Made by a program: the position numbers and the translations under genes. 64,000 nucleotides of DNA. It comes from Felis catus. Lineage: Eukaryota. The stretch is from assembly GCF_018350175.1 (NCBI RefSeq), contig NC_058368.1, forward strand, positions 238,516,001 through 238,580,000, in the 5' to 3' direction. Each line of letters begins with the position of its first letter. Position 1 is the stretch's first letter. Positions 59,901 to 64,000 of this stretch are shown here, piece after piece. The notes beneath the pieces are model-generated. The model had not been told where the DNA came from, made no database searches, and worked only from the letters and a program-made list of their open reading frames with translations.

Positions 59901-62900
59901 TAGACGTTTTTAAAAAATTGCTGTCAAATACCATTTAATAAGATGAGAACTCGGACTCGAGATAAGTGTGTCCCAAGCTGGTACAAAGGAACACGTCCCA
60001 GGACACATGTCACGCGAGTCAAGGGCTCATTTTGGGGGCTCAGGTGCAGGGAGGCAGTGTGGCTGGAATGCCCACAGGTGTCACTGCTGCCGAGCAGGTG
60101 ACTTTCCTCCCACTGCCCGTGTCCTCCGCATTTCCCACCTTGAGACCACGTCAGAGGGGTCAGGCTGTCTGTGGGGCGACCTCCTCCTCCGAGAAGCCCT
60201 CGGGGCTGTCGGAAGGCACCAGGCTGTGGCCTCAAGGCCCCAGCTGCCCGGCCGAGCCTGACGAGACCCCAGCCAGCCTGGACCCTCTCCCAGGAAGGCG
60301 CGTGCTTGCGTGTGGTCAATGCGTTGGTTGAGTCGCACAGATCTTGCCAGTGCCGTGTGCCGTTTGTCAATAACAAACGCGTAAATGACCCGCACCGTGA
60401 CCCAGATGCCTGCGGTGCGTGGGTGCCCCACCCCGTCTGAGTCCTCGTGCCGTCTGCCGCTGCCACCGGCCCTGGCTTCACACGCGGGCGGGCCGGGTGC
60501 GGGCGGGCCGACTGCACGCCTGGTGTGTGCGGAGGGCCGGAGTCTCGGGGGCTCCGCTCTCGAGTCTCAGGGGCTCCCCTCTGTGCCACAGTTACGCCCA
60601 GACCTCCATTCGCTCGAGCCTGACCTTCAGCCAGGGCACCAGGCCCGGGAGGAACATGCGTCGCAAGCTGCTTGCGGTCATGCGGCTGAAGTGCTGCGCT
60701 GTGTTTCTGGATCTGCAGGTGAGCCCGCGGCCAGGGGGCGCCAGCAGGTGCCCGAGCTCAGCCCGGCCCACTGAGAGCTACGCGTGTTAAATACATGAGT
60801 GTTTGTGTTTGTGCGAGTGTGAACACACGGGTATGAATGCCCTGAGTCCCGCCTGGGCCCCTCGTCCTGGGCACCTGGGTCCCTCCCCACGGAGGGGTGG
60901 GGGTCCGAGGCCTTGGGGCTCAGGCTCTAGAGCCACTGGGCGCCCGCGTCCTGTCCCTCCCTGACTGTCCTTCCCTCCAGCAGCCCCTGCCACCATGGCA
61001 GGGCGGGGCCGCCCAGGCCACTTCCTTCTGCCTCCATTTGACCTGGTGACAGAAATTGGCGTTCCGGAGGCATTTGCAATGTTTTTCTTTCTTTGTGACC
61101 CAGGTAAACAGCATCCACACGGTTTATACAAACATTTACAAGATTTTCTTGCTGCAGGCCTACAGGTGGGTTCACCAGCCACACCACCACATGCCACAGC
61201 ACCCTCTGTGCCCTGGGCCTCCCTCGGCCTGGAGCACGCCCTACCCTCTGGGTCCCAGCATCTGCAGAGTTTTCAGTCGCACACGCTTCGGCTTCGTGCG
61301 TGTGCACGGATGCTTCTCAGTGTGGGAAGTGCCTGTGTCACCAGGCAGTGAGGGGTGGCCAGCGTGGCCTGGGGTGTCCCCACTCCTGTGCCCTGACCCA
61401 GGACCTCGCAGGGGCCTCAGGTCTCAGAGAGGATCAGGCCAGTACCGGTGAGGGTCCACAGCCCTCTGATGTCCCCGGAAATGGGTGGTGGGACGTGGCT
61501 CCCGAAGAGCCCAGCGGTTATTCTCGCCCCACTGATCATGTGCTTCTGGAACATTCTCCATCCCTGGGAGCTTCCAGGTCGTCCCGCTGAGAACAGGGAC
61601 GTGGCTGGGCAGTCGTGGATCCCTTCCGTGCCTGTGCTTTTCTGAGTCGTGGGGCGGGGGGGACGTTTCCCCCTTCAGGCTGTGCCGATGCCTCAGGTCA
61701 CATCACCGGCCCTGGCCTCAGGGTCGCAAAGTCGGGCTTTGCTTCAGCTCAGGGGAGCAGGCAGCCTCTACCCACAGTCAGGACAGACGGGTATGTGCAC
61801 CGCGGGGCCAGACAGGGGCCGAGCATCAGTGTAGAGCCCCCCGGAGTCCGCGTTAGCTGGTTGTGTATTTGTTGTGGAACGAGGCAACTGTCTCACGGGA
61901 ACTGGGCCCGGCTGGGTGGCTGGGTTTCCTCCCAGAAACCCCCTCCAGGCCCCAGAGCACCTGTGCCCCTTGCGGCCTTGGGGGCAGAGTCTGCCCGTCG
62001 TTCGTCCACCTTTGTGTCCCGGGAGGGCCTCGCTCAGGGCTCCTGTCCTGTGCTCTGTGGTTGTAATGCTGCCTTTCCCTGCGTCTTCCAAACCCCCTGC
62101 CTCTGCTCTCGTGGGCGAGCTGCCTCGAGGTCTCTGACAATGTGCTCGCTATAAGCATGAAGGTGCCCCCACGCCCCCGCCCCGCCACACACAGCTAAAG
62201 ACTGAGGTGGACACACCCTTGCTTTGCAGCCTTCCTGCAAGGGCAGGCCAGTCCCCCGGCCAGCTCCATGCCCCGGTGGCCAGGTCATGTGTACCTCAAG
62301 GAGGGGCCCCACTCTTGTGTCCCCACTTGTGGACCTGTTCCTCGTGAGCCCAGGCCCGGAACACCTGCCCACCAGGGAACATATTCAAATCCTGGGTTCA
62401 GGCGAGGCACCCTCGGCAGCTCTGTGCTCCTCGTGAGGGCGCATGCGGCCCCCAGACGGCTGGCTTCTCTGGTCACATGCAGAAGCATCAGCCGTTTCCA
62501 AATACAGAGGCTGTGGCAGGTGGGAGGCCCTAAGAACACCACCCTTTCTGGGGCGGGAGTGTGGAAATGTGAGGCTGGCCGGTGATGAGTGGGTGAGGCC
62601 GTGTGTGTCCACGTGGCCCTTGGGGCAGGACCCTCTCATGCAGTGTCCGATCGGAACCCTCGGGCTCAGCTCCTTAACAGCTGAGGGCAGCTGAGGGTGG
62701 GCGTCGGGCTGGAGGCGCTGGGAGAGCAGCGTCCACTCAGGAGGCTTTCTCCACCTGCAGAACGTGCTCCCCCCCAGCGCCCTCCCCCAGGGCTCCAGGG
62801 ACCGCGCTCCCCCCCAGGTCCCTCCCCCAGGGCTCCAGGGACTGTGCTCCCCCCAGTGGGCTCCAGGGATCGTGCTCCCCTCTAGGGCTCTCCCCCAGGG

Positions 62901-63730
62901 CTCCAGGGACCGCGCTCCCCCCCAGGTCCCTCCCCCAGGGCTCCAGGGACTGTGCTCCCCTCTAGGGCTCTCCCCCAGGGCTCCAGGGACTGTGCTCCCC
63001 TCTAGGGCTCTCCCCCAGGGCTCCAGGGACCACGCTCCCCCCCAGGTCCCTCCCTCAGGGCTCCAGGGACCGTGCTCCCCCCCAGGGCCCTCTCCCAGGG
63101 CTCCAGAGACCGTGCTCCCCTCTAGGGCTCTCCCCCAGGGCTTCAGGGAACGTGCTCCCCCCCCAGGGCTCCAGGGACCGCGCTCCCCCCCCAGTGCCCT
63201 CCCCCAGGGCTCCAGGGACAGTGCTCCCCCCCAGGTCCCTCCCTCCGGGCTCCAGGGACTGTGCTCCCCCCAGGGCCCTCCCCCAGGGCTCCAGGGACTG
63301 TGCTCCCCTCCCCTGACCCTGGGGCGTTTGTGCCTTCCAAACCCATTTCCGGTTCCTGCAGGTGGGAAGTATTTCGCACACCAACATGGTTGCCACACCT
63401 GTGAAGTCAGGTTACCGGTGGGCGACGCGCACGCAGAAGGGGCCCAGGTGGTCAGTGAGCACCTGGCGAGGCCTTGGCGTGTGGTCGGCCGCGTGCACGT
63501 GCGTCCACGCACACACATGCCCGTGCGCGTGCCTGCCGGCCGGGCACGCGTGCACACGCACGTTCCAGCCAGGGGACGCCGCGCTGACCGGCGTCCCTCA
63601 CTCAGGTTCCACGCGTGCGTGCTCCAGTTTCCGTTCAACCAGCCGGTGAGGAAGAACCCCTCCTTTTTCCTCCGTGTCATCGCGGACACCGCGTCGCGCT
63701 GCTACTCCCTCCTGAAAGCCAAGAACACAG
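44761..63730 (+). CDS. TERT: Telomerase reverse transcriptase, exons 1-14 (exons 15-16 outside the window)
   Basis: Join 44761-44979,45094-46381,49991-50186,51513-51693,52196-52375,52760-52918,53515-53610,54232-54317,55040-55153,55517-55588,57199-57387,60592-60718,61104-61165,63606-63730. Starts [16 protein letters not shown] motif [19 protein letters not shown]; motif 1/2 [16 protein letters not shown]; motif [14 protein letters not shown]' [10 protein letters not shown]; motif C LVDDFL; motif E WCGLL. Confidence 0.98.
45094..46381 (+). CDS. TERT: TERT exon 2
   Basis: [15 protein letters not shown]...[21 protein letters not shown]|gtgagg. Confidence 0.96.
49991..50186 (+). CDS. TERT: TERT exon 3 (T motif)
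   Basis: [20 protein letters not shown]...QSIGI|gtgtct, 196 nt. Confidence 0.96.
51513..51693 (+). CDS. TERT: TERT exon 4 (motifs 1 and 2)
   Basis: [16 protein letters not shown]...RTFRRDKK|gtcatc, 181 nt, weak donor. Confidence 0.92.
52196..52375 (+). CDS. TERT: TERT exon 5
   Basis: [18 protein letters not shown]...LYFVK|gtgggc, 180 nt. Confidence 0.95.
52760..52918 (+). CDS. TERT: TERT exon 6 (motif A Asp)
   Basis: [20 protein letters not shown]...KSFKRH|gtaaga. Confidence 0.95.
53515..53610 (+). CDS. TERT: TERT exon 7
   Basis: [32 protein letters not shown]|gtgggg, 96 nt. Confidence 0.95.
54232..54317 (+). CDS. TERT: TERT exon 8
   Basis: [28 protein letters not shown]|gtaagt, 86 nt. 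Confidence 0.95.
55040..55153 (+). CDS. TERT: TERT exon 9 (motif B')
   Basis: [37 protein letters not shown]|gtacgg, 114 nt. Confidence 0.95.
55168..55191. repeat. (TG)12 microsatellite at the start of TERT intron 9
   Basis: Read directly. Confidence 0.95.
55517..55588 (+). CDS. TERT: TERT exon 10 (motif C)
   Basis: [23 protein letters not shown]|gtaggg, 72 nt. Confidence 0.95.
57199..57387 (+). CDS. TERT: TERT exon 11 (motifs D and E)
   Basis: [22 protein letters not shown]...[20 protein letters not shown]|gtgcgt, 189 nt. Confidence 0.95.
57690..58034 (-). mobile_element. MaLR LTR remnant (MLT1A/B-like) in TERT intron 11
   Basis: aaataccacgggcagggccgctaaac..ctcacatcctggaggc..ggtttctcctgaggtctctctccctgg..taaggacatcggtc..ggattttgggggacacagttgaacccttaaca. 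Confidence 0.75.
59120..59235 (-). mobile_element. MIR core remnant
   Basis: ggttagggacctgccccgggtcacccagc..gcgggattcgaacgcggg resembles MIR ggttaagtgacttgcccaaggtcacacagc..gggattcgaaccc. Confidence 0.55.
59745..59913 (+). mobile_element. Older SINEC inserted in an L1-like remnant (TERT intron 11)
   Basis: ggcgcccggtggctcagtcaactaagcatctg..ctcaggtcacgat; TSD AAAATTGCCGTCAA (59731-59744) and AAAATTGCTGTCAA (59914-59927). Confidence 0.85.
60592..60718 (+). CDS. TERT: TERT exon 12
   Basis: [12 protein letters not shown]...[21 protein letters not shown]|gtgagc, 127 nt. Confidence 0.95.
61104..61165 (+). CDS. TERT: TERT exon 13
   Basis: [20 protein letters not shown]|gtgggt, 62 nt. Confidence 0.95.
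62763..63310. repeat. 40-bp-unit VNTR, about 14 copies, in TERT intron 13
   Basis: Unit CTCCAGGGACYGYGCTCCCCCCCAGGTCCCTCCCCCAGGG, with starts at 62793, 62833, 62861, 62901, 62941, 62981, 63021, 63061, 63101, 63141, 63169, 63210, 63250 and 63289. Confidence 0.95.
63606..63730 (+). CDS. TERT: TERT exon 14
   Basis: [41 protein letters not shown]|gtgtgc, 125 nt. Confidence 0.95.
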
Positions 63731-64000
63731 GTGTGCGCAGTGAGCCGGCGCGGCTGGCGGGTTCGGGGGGGTCACTCGGGGTGCCGGCAAAGCCCAGGCT
63801 GCTCGCCCGCCTGCTTCCGATCCCGGGCGCCGTGTGTGCTCCAGGAGCCCCGTGCCGCACCTGCCGCCAGCGGAGTCGTCGGGGGGGGGGGGGGACTTAG
63901 GGAGGCCGGCTCGTGCCGCCTGCAGTTGCGGTGGCCCTTGCCGACGGCGCACTGGCCTCTCACCCGCCCTCTGCCCGAGGGCAGCGGTCCTGTGTGCTGG

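Noticed and set aside
13123..59913. tRNA genes suggested by A/B-box-like sequences
   Set aside because: All belong to tRNA-derived SINEC or MIR elements.
62385..63900. 434-aa minus-strand and 378-aa plus-strand ORFs
   Set aside because: Produced by the stop-poor 40-bp VNTR; only 63606-63730 is real coding sequence.

Overview
Mammalian genomic DNA, most likely from a felid: it carries young carnivore tRNA-derived SINEs of the SINEC_Fc type. The window is the very GC- and CpG-rich CLPTM1L-TERT locus, with both genes on the + strand. CLPTM1L is complete (17 coding exons, 16377-30843, 1617 nt = 538 aa + stop, AATAAA at 31242). TERT runs from its ATG at 44761 through exon 14 (ends 63730); exons 15-16 lie beyond the window, and all RT motifs present are intact. 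Upstream is a processed SLC25A5/ANT2 pseudogene with a perfect 15-bp target-site duplication, inserted into an old L1. The rest is L1, MaLR, MIR and SINEC remnants, several minisatellites and AT-rich islands. I found no prokaryote-type or wholly new system. The most notable observations are: an in-frame, stop-free TERT intron 1; a candidate in-frame alternative donor in TERT intron 4; a 40-bp G4-prone VNTR in TERT intron 13; a compact TERT promoter one substitution away from a C228T-like ETS site; a CLPTM1L uORF; and apparent AT-to-GC drift of neutral sequence. Comparisons with human sequence are from memory, not from alignments.
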